Of a stretch of 64,000 bases of DNA, positions 37,991 through 52,347 are shown in pieces (position 1 is the stretch's first letter; the number at the start of each line of letters is the position of its first letter). Source of the DNA: Eledone cirrhosa (Eukaryota); contig OZ024741.1 of NCBI GenBank assembly GCA_964016885.1, forward strand, positions 76,570,001-76,634,000, read 5' to 3'. The notes below the pieces were generated by a model. That model was not told the origin of the DNA. It did no database searches and worked only from the letters and a program-made list of their open reading frames with translations. A program made the translations under genes and the position numbers.

Positions 37991-39899
37991 CTAGTATCCA
38001 ACAAAAAAATCTTTAAAGAATTCTGTTTTAATCCATTACTTCTAAAGGAGAATATTAACATGAATGAATATCTTTACTTATAAATTGCCAGAATTATCTA
38101 ATTTATGACAATCAAACTTTTGGTGTGGAATCTACCACCAACAATAGAATCAGTCATATATTCATATATATGCTAGATCAAAATAAATCCAAAGAATCTG
38201 TTACTGGATCTCCATTTTTTTCTTATTCATATCTTTCACAATTATAACTAACAACTTTGTTAGATTAAAATATCAAGAAACTTTTTTCTCTATTTGGTTT
38301 TCCAAGTCTTGTCAAATGAGTTATTTTGAAGGTTTTTGCATGATACTGTCTATTTTATCCAAATATTTAATACTGCATAAATTTGATTACAAAACATTTA
38401 CTGAATTCTGTAAAGTTGATTTATGTATAACTGTATTCTAGAGTATAATCTAATAATAATAATAACAATCTGCTTTTTGGATTATGCAAGTTCAAAGTTA
38501 ATTGGTGCTTTGAAAATTTGATATGTGATATTTATGGATGTGGTTTGAATGGTTTATTTGAAAAAAAAATTAAAGAAATTTGCAGATATTTTCTTCAGAT
38601 GACATTTATTAGAAATAAAAAAACAACAAAAAAGAAAAAGAAAAAAAGAAAAATTGATAATATTTTTAATATATGGCAAGACTTAGGGAAGTTGAATGCT
38701 AATCTGTTTGTACCTTTATTTGATATGAAGAAATGTTTGGATGTTGAACATTAAAAATGATAATAAAAAATAGTTTTCTGACATTTTTGTTGAAAAATGT
38801 TGCTTAACTGTGTAGACACAATTATTGTCTAAATGTATGTATGTGTGTGTATATATGTATGTGTGTGCAAATTTACAAAGATTGTCCTTTTTCAGGATAA
38901 AGGTTTTTTTTCTTTTGAAATTGGTATGTTATGCTGTAATATATTTTATATAAAAGGTTTGCTATTCTTTTGTAAATATTTTTATGTTAATCTTTTATGT
39001 ATCTGTCTGAGCACCCTATTTAAAAATTGTAATCTATAAAAAGTTCTGCATTCTGTAATTGTATAAAGTATTAACCCTTGCTAAAAATTAATAAAATGTT
39101 ATTATTTTGTAAAATACTAGTCCCACATACCATTCATTATGGGTGCTTTAATGATTAACCAAAACTCAAGATCATTACACTAATTAGATTGTAAATACTT
39201 TAAAAATTGTTAATGTTTTTTGCAAATATTTCAAGAATAGATATATTAACTTTAGATATTAAAACCTTTTGTAGATTTCTCCCAAAAAGATGAATTGTAA
39301 GATGCCAAAAAATTTAACTTCTTGAATTTATTATAAAAGTTGTACTCCCAAATTTACTCTATAATTTTCTTGTCTTGATATAGCATTTCAGAATATCTAG
39401 TTCTTGATGTATGTCATAGATATTGACTGATATTGATCAAATAGAAAGATGAGAATTGAGAGAGAGGGAGAAAAAAAGAAAGATATAATAATGCCTTAGA
39501 AGAGGCCATATTGGTTATTTCTGATACAGATGACCACATAAAATATAGAAAGAATTTAAAGCATATTGAAGATACTCAAAATATTGCAGTACATTTGAAA
39601 AAATTTAAATTGTTCTTAAAAAATAATTTTGCATAGAAAGCAAAAAAAAGAAACGAAACGAAAAGAAAAAAGCAAGCAAAGTAATTTTAATTCCTGAAAC
39701 ATGCCATTTTTTTGTTTTGCATCCATTACTTTAGTAGAAAAAAAAAAAAAAAAAAAAATGGTGTCCTGTTTGAAGGGAGGCAACTCTGAGTCATCTCTTC
39801 CGTAAGCAATTTAAATTACTTGAAAAATATATTTAGATCATTTATTTTTATATTTAACTAGTTAGAATTTTATTTATGTATAACAAAAGAAAACAAATG

Positions 39900-40440
39900 G
39901 AGGGAGGGTTGCTCTATGCTATTGGCTGGACGACATACCTCAGGTCGTGAAGAATAGAGAACAATACCCATTGAATTAGCTATTCTACTGAGGACACCGG
40001 TCTTTATGATGACCTGCACAAAAACGAATTGGTCAGTTAATGTCTGGTATTTGATCATATTCTGCTCCACTGTGTTGCAAACAGTTCTGCCCAGATATGT
40101 TGGCACCAGAAAAAATATCACAACCTGAGTGACTTCCTTCAAATTGGAAAAAAGGTTATCTATCCTGTTTGGGCATTTACTGTCACCAGTTTTGAGACAA
40201 AATTAGTCCAGTTATGGGTCCTCTTAATAATGTCATCCAAAAGAGAATAGTGAGGAAATGACCAGCTCTATGGCTAAAGAAGAGCAGATGTAGCCTACAC
40301 TTGTTGATGGTGGCATGTGTGTGTGTCTCAGAGAGCATTGGAGTCCAATCAAATGCACTCATCAAGAAGGGACTAATGAAGAGTGCATTGAATTGAGCCA
40401 TGTGCCACAGTTTGTGAGGCAGGCCAAAAGCGGTCAAGAT
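39900..40440 (-). mobile_element. Old CRE-like RLE retrotransposon remnant
   Basis: PTYLGRTVCNTVEQ..IKYQTLTDQFVFVQV..TGVL resembles the K-Y...F-x-P...E-T-x-G motif. Confidence 0.45.
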
Positions 40441-43400
40441 GATTTTGGTTGAGGCAGAAATTTTCTCTAAAACTTAAATATTTTATTTAGTTTATTTTTA
40501 AATTAGCTGATAATTTGGTTATATTTCTGCAAATATGGCTTTCATACTATATATTATATTCATAAAGGTACCAGATTCTAAGGTTTTCTATTTGATTGGA
40601 GGTGGGGAAAATAGGAGTGTATCAGTGAAATATAACAAATATAATATGTACTTTTACTGTTTTATATATTTTAAAATTTCTTTTCTGACATTATACTAAT
40701 ATTACATTATTAGACAAAGTATATAACATTGTTAACTTAACTTAATTGAATGAAAGATGTTAGGTTAGACATCTCTGAGCAGCAATTGTAGTTAATACCA
40801 TTGTTATCATGCTAACATAGAACAAGTGTTTTAGGAATACTTTATTTATTCTTGGGAGCAGGAGAGTATCATGCAAAATAGTTAAATTTGACAAAAGAAA
40901 AATCAAAACTAATTCATATGTTCACAATTAAATGAAACAAAAAAAAATTGAAATCCAGGTTATCAAAAATAAATAATTTTCCATTCTTCTCCTTTTTAAC
41001 AATTCAGGAAAGAAGAATTCCTAAATTTTAATCATATATAAATTTATTTCTCAATCTGAAACAAAACATTTTCTTATAGACCTCGGAATTTGATTATAAT
41101 TGCATATAGCAGTCATTTGCAAAATGTTTCTGATGACAAATCATGTAAACTACTGGACATAAGTATAATAAATTAAACATTTTTAGACATGAAAAAAAAA
41201 AAAAAAAAAAGGTTTCAGGGATTTTATATGAGAATTCTTACAAATAAAAACATCTTCAAATCTGAACACAAGCACACACAAACAGAGAGAGAGAAAGTAC
41301 TCAATTGATATAATAGAGTTTTTTTTATTCATTGAAGCATATGGTTCATTCTCTCACTACTCTTGAGATTTTTGCTCAAATGCAACTTGTTCAGGCTAGA
41401 AACTTCGAGTAGTGCCAAGATGAATCATTGACTTGGAAAGTAATATATATAGGTGTGTGTTAGGTGTGTAACAACAGTTTTAGACAATGTGCCATTCAAA
41501 GCACTCAATGCTGTTACAAGGTCCATTTCATTTGGGATTGTATTCCAGTGTTACGGCTGTAGTGTGAAGAGTGTAAATAGATTTAGTTTAGATGTGTCTT
41601 TGCATATATAAGCTTACATATCTGACAAGATGTCGAAAAAGAGTCAGGCTCTTGATTGTACCCTGAGCTGACTGATATCGAACCAATTGTAATATGCAAA
41701 TAAAGATTGTACCTATGCTGCAACACTGATTTTGACTCTTAAATCTCTTTCTCTCTATATATATATATACATATATATAACAAAGGACCACAAGGACTGG
41801 TGCTATGTTGTGCTGGTGAAGACCCAGTCAACAGCTTAATTTATCCCTATGCCATCCTTCCACTAACATATCCGATCTTAGCTAAAGCTAGATTTTATAA
41901 CAAAAATAAAAGAGTGTGTGGTCTTTGTGCTGCCAAAGCCCTGGAAATCCTTTACGCCAATGAACAAATCTTACACAAAAAATCTGAGGTAATTTCGGCT
42001 TTTTTTACATAGTATGGACACTATTTCTGCTTTTTTTAACATAGTAAGGACACTATGCTGATGATATACGCCATGATGGGGTAGCTAAGAACAATCTATC
42101 TTTATATATATATGTACATATATACATATATGTATGTAGGTGTATGCACATTTATATGTAGGTACATATATTTATTGTATGTATGTGTATATAAGTATAT
42201 CCATGCGTATATATATGTATATCCATGCATGGATATACATATATACACATACATACAATAAATATATATGTGAGTATATATATTTGTCCACACATGCGTA
42301 TATATGTGTGTATAATTTTCATACATTATATTTTCGTTTATGCATGCATGAACACCGGCCAGCGCATACTTATGTAAGAGCCTAAATCTGAAAACATTAT
42401 TTTTAATGTTCTCATTATTATTATTACTTTTACTATTATTAATACCTTCAGTATTTTTATGTTTAATCGTTTTACTATTATTAACATCATTTTCCATATA
42501 TGGAAATTTTGCAACTATTCTAAAAGAATATTAGTCTCCTGATTTTTCAGAGCAAGAATATGATATTTTCATAGCAAGAATATGTTTTTTCCATAGCAAG
42601 AATTTGTTCCTCTCGCTCCACATAATGATGTAATTATCCTTGCATACATTTTGTCCATCTCAAGAGAACATCTTCACACACTACCATTATGTCTTGCTGT
42701 TTTCTAAAGGCAATATTTTGTCATAACTTTAAAAAAATATTTACTTCTGCATCTACGTATTGATTTTTATCAGTTTCAGATGATCCCACATAGAGTAAAC
42801 GCAGAATTTATTGCTTAACTTAAACTTTTAATTTGTATATATATATGTGTGTGTGCGTGTGTACATACACTAAATTCCACTCACAAGTCACACAGACTTG
42901 TCTGCACCTCACCCACAGGCTTCTACCTCATAGTCGTTCCTGCAACTTACAAAGTACCATATTAGATGTCAATGTAATTGACATAGCTTCAAAATAACTG
43001 ACAAACATAAAAACAAAACATCTCACTCCTGAAATAATATCTTCATTGTTGTTTATTGTACAAATTCATTAACACCATTTATATAATAACAAACAGAAGA
43101 AATGTTTGAGCAGATGTCACAAGAATTAATATTTTTAGCATAGAAGTCCTTTCTAGTTTTTATAGAGGACATTAGCATTGTTACAGCTAGACAATATAGT
43201 ATCACAATTTAGGAAAGCAAACATCTTAAGAGAGTGAGTTTTTATGCAGTTGCTCAACTTGATAGAACTAGTAGCTAAATCTCTATAAATTCAAATGCTA
43301 CTGACCCCAAAAAGGACATAATGAATGATACGGTCATATACCTGAAAATAAGATGGGATACTCACAGCTGGGATGCATTTGATCATTGGGTATCTAGGGC

Positions 43401-44719
43401 TAAATAACAACAGAGGAAGGTACATAGGATAATATAGTCCCAGATACATTATACTAAAAACAAAAAATAAAGGGGTGGTCACATTTTGATTATATGTTTG
43501 CTAGATCAGGGCTGACCTGGAGCTAAACAATTATAAACAATAGTTTTAAAATATATAACACCTTTGAATTTTACTTTCTTTTAACAAGGTTCAAGTTTAT
43601 TTTTTGCAGAACATTTGGCTAAATAAATCCCAGTATATAACTGGTTTCTATTTTGCAGACTCAGAGTAATGAAAATGTAAAGTTAACACCAATAGGATAT
43701 GAACTCAGATTTTTTATGGACATAGTTAAACACTAACTTTTGTTTCAAATTTGGGGTGAGAGAATAGTCAATGAAATTGAATAAGAAATTGACAGGTAAT
43801 TATTTCATTGAACCCTTAGAAAATGTAAAGTTGACCTCATAATGTAAATTAATGTAACTAAATACTTCAAGATATTTGATTTAAAATTCTTAATATTGAT
43901 TTCTACCATATGGACATGGCCACATATTTTGAGAAAGGAACTAGTCATTTAAATAAAGTCCAGTACTTTATTGTACTCAAATGGATGAAGGACAAAGTTA
44001 ATCTCTGTGGTATTTATACACAAACTATAATGGTACCTAACTAAATCTGCAAGGCATTTTATTTGATGCTCTACTAATTCTGCCAATCCACTGATTTTAA
44101 TATTGCAATAACATACAAATAATAAAATAAAGATTTCTAGTGTAAGCACAAGACTACAAAGTTGTAGGATAAATAAAGAATAAATGGGTATTCAAGAAAT
44201 TTGTCATGTTGAAGGGATGCACATGAGGAATAGAGGGGACACCTGAGAGAAAGAAGCTGTCATGGAGCATGTTGTGATTACTCCTGAGAGTGATGTACTG
44301 GAACTCAGCTGGACTGTGATTGTCTCCATATTGATGTTTCCTTGAGATTCAACCTCTGGGTCTATGAGCAACACAAATTCTGTGGTAGATCCATAGTAGA
44401 TGCTTTTGGTATCTGTCTGCTGTCATGCCACCTCTATGACAATTGCTTTCCACATCACATCACTTTCATTGAGATCATTATGTATGGCTTCCTATCACAG
44501 CTCATACTGGTGGAGTTAGACTGAGGACTGACAAAGGGTCAGATGGTATTACAATCTTCCCATTCCATAGTGGTAAACCCCTTATCTGGGATATGACAAG
44601 CAAGTTTCATTGCCTAATAAGCTGAAGATCACAAGCTATTGAATCTTCAGTCAGTTTCTGATAGCTTTATCATTGAATGTGGAGCAAATTTCTGGTAACA
44701 TATTTCCCTCTGGTTGTTT

Positions 44720-45005
44720 AGATGATGTGTGTAAGAGAGAAGACTATGTTGGCACAGGCATGTGATAGGCATGGATAATGAACACTGCATGAAGAAGTGC
44801 CAGGAAATCCCAGTGGAGGGAAGCAGCAGTAGAGGTAGACCAAGGAAGACCTGGGCAGAGGTGGTGAGAGCTGATCTCAAATCACTGAGACTCACAGTGG
44901 AGATGACGAAGGAACACAGTAAATGAAGAGATGCTGTGTTGAAAAGGACCCATCTAACGCATGCAAGTATAGGGAAAAAAAAGGTGAAAATGGTGATGAT
45001 GATGA
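44720..45005 (+). mobile_element. RTE 3' end fragment
   Basis: CMKKCQEIPVEGSSSRGRPRKTWAEVVRADL and (GAT)n tail. Confidence 0.8.
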
Positions 45006-45929
45006 TCATCATCATCATTTAATGTCTATTTTCCATACTTGTATAGGATAGACGGGCTTTCACTTACTAAGTTGGTGAGGTGACTACATCTAGCTCTTAC
45101 ACTCCATTTTGGGCTTGGTTTCTACAACTGGATGCTATTCCTAATGTCAACCACTTTACAGTCTATACTGGGATCATTTTATTTTGACTCCAGCACTACG
45201 ACCTTACAGGATAGGTTAGGTACTCCTAGCTGGGTCAAAGGACCTCGTCCCACTTGTTCATTCCATTTTTAGCATGGTTTCCATAGCTGGATGCCCTTCC
45301 AAACACCAACCACTTTATGAACATTTTATTGTGATTCTGGCACTATTGCCTTACAGAGTGGACTGGGTGATTTTGTTGTGGCACCAGCATTACCACCTTA
45401 CAGTGTTGACTTCATGTTTTTTATTGAGGCACCAACACTACTACTTTACAGAATGGGCTGGGTGTATTTTTATTATGGCATGATCACTGGAAAAGCATTG
45501 ATAGGAGTATGGAGGGTCATAGCATTGTGGGAGAGGAAGTGTTGTGTCATGGGAGTGACCTTGAAAAGAGTGAGATGCTGGCATGGGTTGACAAGGAAGT
45601 GAATCAGGGATGTAGGCAGGAAAGGTGATATGGAAGAGAGGGAGAGGGATATTTTTTCTTCTTTTGTGTTGGCATGGGTTAGACAAGGAAAGTAGGGTTG
45701 AAGAATGTGGATGCATGAAGCATTTGGAAAATGGGGCAGAATAAGGTGGGGAAGGTGAACAGAGGAGTCAGGTCTGTATTTCCATGCTGACATGGGTTGG
45801 GTAAGGAAAGGAGGGATCAGTAGAGTGAATGAGAGGGGAGATTAGGTGGTGGTGAGAGATAATGCGGGAGGGCTTATAAAGGTTGTTATGCCTCTTTCTC
45901 TCTGCTTGTCTGAGGTGATCAACTGTAGT

Positions 45930-46250
45930 ACATGTTGCCAGTTGACTCAATCCTGTGTTATTTCCTTCATGATGTCAGTCTTTACATCATTCTAAGTTAT
46001 ACTTTTTCCACAGTTTCCATCAATTTTGAGTACCTTACACTTTTTCATGCAGTTGTCATTCTTCATTTGCATCATATGTTCATACCAGTGCAGTCTTCTC
46101 TCTTCTACACTACATCTAATCCCCCTTATGCTCAGCTTTTCTCTTAGTTCGTTAATGCTTCATCTTTCATGCACACTAACATTACACATCCATCAGAGCA
46201 TGCTCACCTCATTTTTTACATTCTTTGCAGATTTTCTGCATTGAAGACTT
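45930..46250 (-). mobile_element. Degenerate RTE 3' fragment
   Basis: Matches LRWMCNVSVHER..INELREKLSIRGIRCSV.ERRLHWY. Confidence 0.7.
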
Positions 46251-47199
46251 GATAAGGATGCACAGCCACACAATCATCATAGGTAACTGGAGTGGTAGGT
46301 TACATATTTCATTTCTTGATGTCAGAAGGAGTGAAGATGTTGAGTATAACGGGATTTGAAGCTATTCAGTGTCATCCTGATGTACACATAATTTTGTTTT
46401 AGTAATTAATTCACACTTATATACAATGTTCTTTGTGAGACGAGAATTTAGAAGGCACTCCTGGTGGTCTCAGTAATTGCAAGTAGGTACTGTTAGCTTG
46501 CAGATTCCTCTTGAGATTCAGAGTCTGTTGATTTTAGCCAGATTAATACAACAATGTTTTGGCTAATATTTGGTATTGTTGAATGCAACAACTCCATTCA
46601 AATAGAACTATCACTTGTCAGTAATTAAATGATCAATAGAAATATTTGATCAGTTGGAGTTTAGCCTTAGGTCATCCTTGATTGAGCATTCTGATGTCTA
46701 GGACTAAAATATCTAATGTAATCTTTACTGCTTTTTAAGATGATAGGGTGTGAATTTAGAGATTTTGTTGCTATTTTTAACATATCAAGTGACTATGTAA
46801 AAAGTTCTTCAATACAGCACAATCCAACCATTATCGTGAGTTGAAATAGATTTTCTCAATGTTACTCCCTTACTATCCTCTAGGGTAATGCTTTCTCCAT
46901 TCTGTCTACAGAGACCACAAGGTGGATTGTGCCTGGGTTTCTGCATACCAAAGAACCATCTCCCACACTGTCTGTTTTGCATCATTGTGGTAACAATAGT
47001 ATAGCATCCATTGACACACAAACCGACATTATAGTAACAAACACAGTCACACAAACAAATGCGTGTGTGTGATAACAATCCAGTTTTATTTTCATTTCAG
47101 ACATAGTGTAACTAAGACACATTATCATTGTTTTATGTCCACTCTTCTACGTTGGCATGAGTTTAAGGTTAAATGGAAATGGGGGAACTGAAAAACATC

Positions 47200-47444
47200 C
47201 CATTATATTTCCATCTTTTACAAGAAATAGCTATGAAATATCTAATGAGCGTAAGAGACAATGAAGCTCTTAAAGCCCAAGACACCAGTGAGAATCCCGA
47301 TTATATCACATTTCTGTAGAAGATATCATACATGTAATCAGTTGCTGCCAAAAAATGTCATCAAGATACTACCCCCCCAATACTATATACAATGCCATCC
47401 GTAGGAAAGACGGTCCTGGCATAAATATAGTGATTCCCTATTAC

Positions 47445-47488
<44 letters not shown>

Positions 47489-47648
47489 TGAGATTCTACA
47501 GGACTAGAACTGTTTCATTCTTTAGAAATTTCTAAAGAATGAAACAGTTCTAATCCTGTAGAATCTCATCTATATTAAAACTTTTATACTCTGCAATGTA
47601 TTGAGTACCTTACTTACTGTGGTTACCTCCGATTCAACCCGGAATAAC

Positions 47649-47685
<37 letters not shown>

Positions 47686-47940
47686 AGGAATATTAATGGA
47701 ATATTTCCATCAAAACTTCTACCATGTGCAAACATAATAGAGCTGATATTTTTGTTTGGCAAAAAAAGTTATGCACTGTCCTACCTTTATGAATATTTCT
47801 TCCAAAATCCATGAGAAAAAGAATAATTAATTTCAGATAACAACTTCAAAACTTTCAGTTTCACATTCACACCGATAATTATTGGTGCACTAGGTTATGT
47901 AAGAAAATGCTTAAGTGTCAATAAAAAAATTGATCCACTA
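47200..47940 (+). mobile_element. Decayed RLE-type (R4/NeSL-like) retrotransposon split by the hairpin insertion at 47450-47680
   Basis: EDIIHVISCC (zinc knuckle), KHNRADIFVW, FTPIIIGALGYV. Confidence 0.55.
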
Positions 47941-47958
47941 ATATACACTTTACAGATA

Positions 47959-48455
47959 TTAGGTTAGCCAAAATGTCTGTTCAGTTTTTGTCAAAATTAA
48001 ACTTTAGGTGCTCTCATAGTTGCTAACTTTACTTTCTTCTTTCTGAGTATGCACCTGAGGTGCCAAGAACCACCACAAACAACTTCTAAAGCAGGACTTC
48101 ACCCAAAGAAATGGTATTGTCTTTTATCAAAACAATACCAGACCACACACTCACTTCCTCGAAGACACAACAGAAGTTACTAGGGCTTGACAGAGTAGTT
48201 TTGCCCCACCTTCCATATTCCCCCCAATCTTGCTCCTTCAGATTTCCACCTATTTCAGTCTCTTCAAAATTCTTTGAATGGACAGACCTTCAATTCTTCA
48301 GATGTTAAAATTCATTTAGAAGGGTTCTTCACCAGTAAAGACATGAAATTCTTTGAACAGGGAATAATGGATCTACGTAGATGGTGGAAGATATTGGAAT
48401 GAAATGGCAAATATATCATTGATTCAAAACCGAACACGCCTTTAAGCCAACCCAA
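47959..48455 (+). mobile_element. Internally deleted mariner transposon
   Basis: TA|TTAGGTTAGCCAAAATGTCTGTTCAGTTTT and reverse TIR at 48425-48455; transposase remnants N.RPH and LPHLPYSP.LAPSDFHLF. Confidence 0.8.
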
Positions 48456-49254
48456 CACAATCTGTAGGTAGAACAGTAAAAATATGCAGATGACACTCAA
48501 TTTTTTTTATCCAAATTCCAACAATGAAGTTTTGTTTCTTTACAGAAGGAATTAAATTTTTTTTTAAAGAATTGTATATATGTGAGAATAAACAACTATA
48601 CCAGTAATAAAATTAAAAGTTAAAATAGAACAAAATTGTAGTGATCAGTTAAAGTTGACTCATATTAAGGCCAGTTACAATAGTTTTAAAGTATACGTAA
48701 ATAATAGTCAGATGGCTGACAATAAAATAAAACTGAAAGAAATGAAAATGAAAAGATTAAACCTCATTTTAGGTTGCAAAACAAATGGAATCAATTTACC
48801 TGAGTTTATATACCATGCCAAAATGAGTTGAGGGGACCCGTCAGTTGTATCAAAACATGATAGCTCCACTAGTGTTTGTTATTTACATGATAAATGCACC
48901 CAGTACATGCTGTAAAGTGGTTGGTGATAGGAATTACAGCCAGGATTGGGAGGATCCTTCAGCTGTGTCAAAGGAATGACAACTCCTGAATAAAATGCAC
49001 TTTATAGAGCATGAGATCTTATGCAAGCGAGACACAGGATCCCAGCCCAGCTGAAAGGTCAGTAGCCCCGCTTGAGTACTGACTTGATCTCTAGCAAGAA
49101 AAATGGATGTTAAATTAGATGATGGTGATATATAAGTTCTGTTTCGTTTTGTAAATACTCAGGACAGTGACACTCAATGGACCAGCAATACCATCAGTAA
49201 GGATCGAAACTGTAGAATGAATGCAGAGTGTTTGTACCTGTTGCCAATTTTGCT

Positions 49255-49608
49255 ATCATCATCATTTTACGTCTGCTTTTTCCCTGCTTGCAAGGGTGGG
49301 ACGGGAACCGATTCTGGCTTGATTTCTACAGCTGGATACCCTTCCTAACACCAACCTCATTTACAGTGAGTGCTGGGTGCTTTTTTTTTCTGTGGCGCCT
49401 ACACGTCCACTTTACAGTGTGGGCTGGGTGCTTTTTTGCCGTGGCACCTCCACGACCACTTTGCAGTGGAATGATAGGGACCCCAGTCCTATCATCTCAT
49501 TTCTACAGCTGAGTAAACTGGAGCAATGTGAAATAAAGTGTCTTGCTCAAGGAAACAACACATCACCCGGTCTGAGAATTGAACTCACAACCTTTCGATT
49601 GCAAGCCC
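49255..49608 (-). mobile_element. CORE-type SINE (head truncated); a further RTE-tail copy follows at 49675-49920 (-)
   Basis: Near-identical to 23485-23863. Confidence 0.85.
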
Positions 49609-51384
49609 ACCATGTATGTATAACAGTCGTACTAACATAGTGTGATTCATAACAGAAGTGTTATAAGAAAATATATCATCATCATCGTTTAACGTCCATA
49701 TTCCACGCTTGCATGGGTTTGGACGGGAGTTTTCCCACTTGAGGCAAGAGTGGTTGTCTTGCTCGCATAGGACTATCTGGCGGGTTTTCTACGGCTGGAT
49801 GCCCTTCCTAACACCAACCACATTTACAGTGTGGAACTGGGAGGTTTTTACCGTGTTACCTACATGGCCACATTACAGCGTGGACTGTGTTTTTTTTGTC
49901 GTGACACCTACACGACCTCATTTGTTTCGGCCTGGATGTTGTGGTACCAACATTAGTTTACATTGAAAGGGGCGGTGTGGATGGGGTGGGGGTAGTGGAT
50001 GTTTACATATTAGCTAATTCTAGCTGGTCAAACATTTATTACATGCAAATGAGCAACGCCAGTATATGTATAGATGGCTGACTGAATACACACGTGTTTT
50101 TTCTCAAAAACATTTTTTCGTTTCTTCCTCTTCACACTCTTTATTTCTCATTCTATCTTTTGGTGAAAGACCAATGTCCGAAACGTAAAGACTCTTTTTC
50201 TACTATGTCATGCATTAAACTAATATATATTTCTTCATTGTACTGCGTTGGTTGTTTTGTTGTTTTCGTGTGCTTTTTTGCATACACACACACACATATA
50301 TTTATCTATGCAGATATAAATTTAATATACATATATACAACAGAGAATACTGAAAATATAGCGCAAAGGAAAAGCTCAAAATTAAAACAAAAGAACAAAT
50401 AAATAATTCAGAATTTGGTACCTTTCAATTTCACTTTATTATCAGCCATATCCGAATCTTTTCCATACGTATATCAACTTTCGTTCTTGATATTATTTGT
50501 AATTTTATAGAAATAATATATAAATTTTAAGATCAGAAATATAACATTTGATAGATGAGCATAGATAAACATATATTTTTTTTCATTAGGAAAAAGGAGT
50601 AAAACGGTTGCGAGGTTTTTTGTTTTTTTTTACTTTCGCTTTGTATATAGATTTTTGTGTATTATATAGCAAGAATTAATTGTATATATTATTTGTGTTT
50701 ATATTTTTCTACTGTAATGATTATAATCAATGTGTAAAGTTATTTACACAACTGTGAATAAAAAATAACAAAAACATACTGAGATTCTGGCCGTAACAAA
50801 AGAAATACGAACAAAACTTTAACGGTGACACTGAGGATCTTACACCGTCTAAAATATTTTTCGACCAAAATAATACAGTAGTTGGTGGAATGAAAATTTT
50901 CTTCTATTTTTTTTGTCATGTTTCTTTCTTTTTAACTTTTAAGGGGTGATAGATATCAGAATTGATGGAAAGACAGACAGAATTTCTTATGGTATTTGGT
51001 TACATCACTTAACTAGTAAATCTAACCCAGGTTCATTTTTCCTTTCATACTCGGCTAAATCCTTTAAGGCAGTGCCACACTATGACCACCGCCCAATTAA
51101 AAAGAAAAACTCAAGTACAAACTAGTTTCTGTATTTTCGTATAATGTTTTATGATAGTTAATGATTTTTAGAAATTGGGTGGCAGGTTCCTAATTTTATC
51201 GATCCAGGAAGGATGAAAGGTAAAGTCGGCTCTGGCAAGATTCAAACTCAGAACATAAAAGGAAATAATTAGATACAGCAAGACATTTAATCCATCGCTC
51301 TACTGATTCTGTCCCACCCAACAATTATAAAAATAATAACAATAGTATATAATCATAGTAATAATTTTATGTACACATATTTGT

Positions 51385-52347
51385 TTACGTGACTTTCGGT
51401 TTTGAATTAATTTTCCACGCTCCAATAGAATAACGCAGCCAAATAAGGATCAGGTCCTTGCCCATTTGTATCCAGCTCCAGAAGGGAACTAATTTAGAGC
51501 CGTCAATTTCTTCCCAGGTGACAGCTTCTTCTGCAATGCTCATTTTAAAATATTGCGCAAGATAAAGAATGTCAACATCGAAAGCCCACCTTTCCACGTG
51601 TAAGTTACGGAAAAGAAGCAAAGCAGCCTTTCTACTTAGCAATTTGAATCCACACTGGGTATCTTTCACACCTCTGACACAAAGAAATGAAACAGCGAAA
51701 TGGAAACCGTACATGAGAATAGTTCTAAAGTAGGTTCGCGTGGCTATAGACTCTTTTTCCAAATGTGCTCTGGAACCGCACACAACGACTAAATTGGACG
51801 GAGTTTTTCGAAGCTCTTCATCTAATTTCCTTTCCAGCTTCACCAGATCGCTGAACTTAGTGGCTCCATCAGCATCAGCATAGAGTATCTTTCGACCACG
51901 GGACGATAACACTCCTAGGCGGGTAGCACCGCCTTTACCGCGATTTTGCTTAAGCGTCAATACACGGACTTTATCTACTCCATACTTCTCCACGTACAAC
52001 AGTCCGGTGTCCGTCGTGCCGTCTCGACTGCCATCGTCGACGATAATTATCTCATACGTTAAGGCGGGATTGGTCTTCTGTCGTTTGTTTAAAAAAGCTA
52101 AAGCTTCGTTTAACATCTGCGGCATTCGGTCTTCTTCGTTATATGCGGGTACTACAACAGATAGATCTATAGAGGCAGCTTCGTTATTATTTGGGAAACG
52201 AGATAGTTTGTTGTTGTTTTTTGGATCGACGAAGAACATTTCGGATTCATGACGTATAAGGGTCCGGTGGGGTCCAGCAGTAACATACATAACAAAAAGA
52301 ACTATGAATATCACCAATGTGATGATAATTAAACCGGCGAAAAGCAT
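51385..52347 (-). CDS. ALG5: Dolichyl-phosphate beta-glucosyltransferase (GT2), intronless, 320 aa
   Basis: N-terminal TM helix, LSVVVPAYNEEDR, IIIVDDGS, NRGKGGA, YADADGAT (DxD), GSRAHLE, DTQCGFKL, ERWAFDV, WEEIDGSKLVP. ATG at 52347 preferred over the GTG at 52353; in-frame stop just upstream. Confidence 0.95.
   Translation of the reverse strand: MLFAGLIIITLVIFIVLFVMYVTAGPHRTLIRHESEMFFVDPKNNNKLSRFPNNNEAASIDLSVVVPAYNEEDRMPQMLNEALAFLNKRQKTNPALTYEIIIVDDGSRDGTTDTGLLYVEKYGVDKVRVLTLKQNRGKGGATRLGVLSSRGRKILYADADGATKFSDLVKLERKLDEELRKTPSNLVVVCGSRAHLEKESIATRTYFRTILMYGFHFAVSFLCVRGVKDTQCGFKLLSRKAALLLFRNLHVERWAFDVDILYLAQYFKMSIAEEAVTWEEIDGSKLVPFWSWIQMGKDLILIWLRYSIGAWKINSKPKVT

Noticed and set aside
48312-48500. 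Apparent acceptor and exon (CTACAG|IVLGWLKGVFG)
   Set aside because: The sequence is the right TIR of the mariner element.
43275-50449. Possible minus-strand gene with first exon MADNKVKLK (50422-50449) and last exon YMTVSFIMSFLGSVAFEFIEI* (43275-43341)
   Set aside because: Splice phases (1 versus 2) are incompatible without a middle exon, none was found convincingly, and no homology was recognised.
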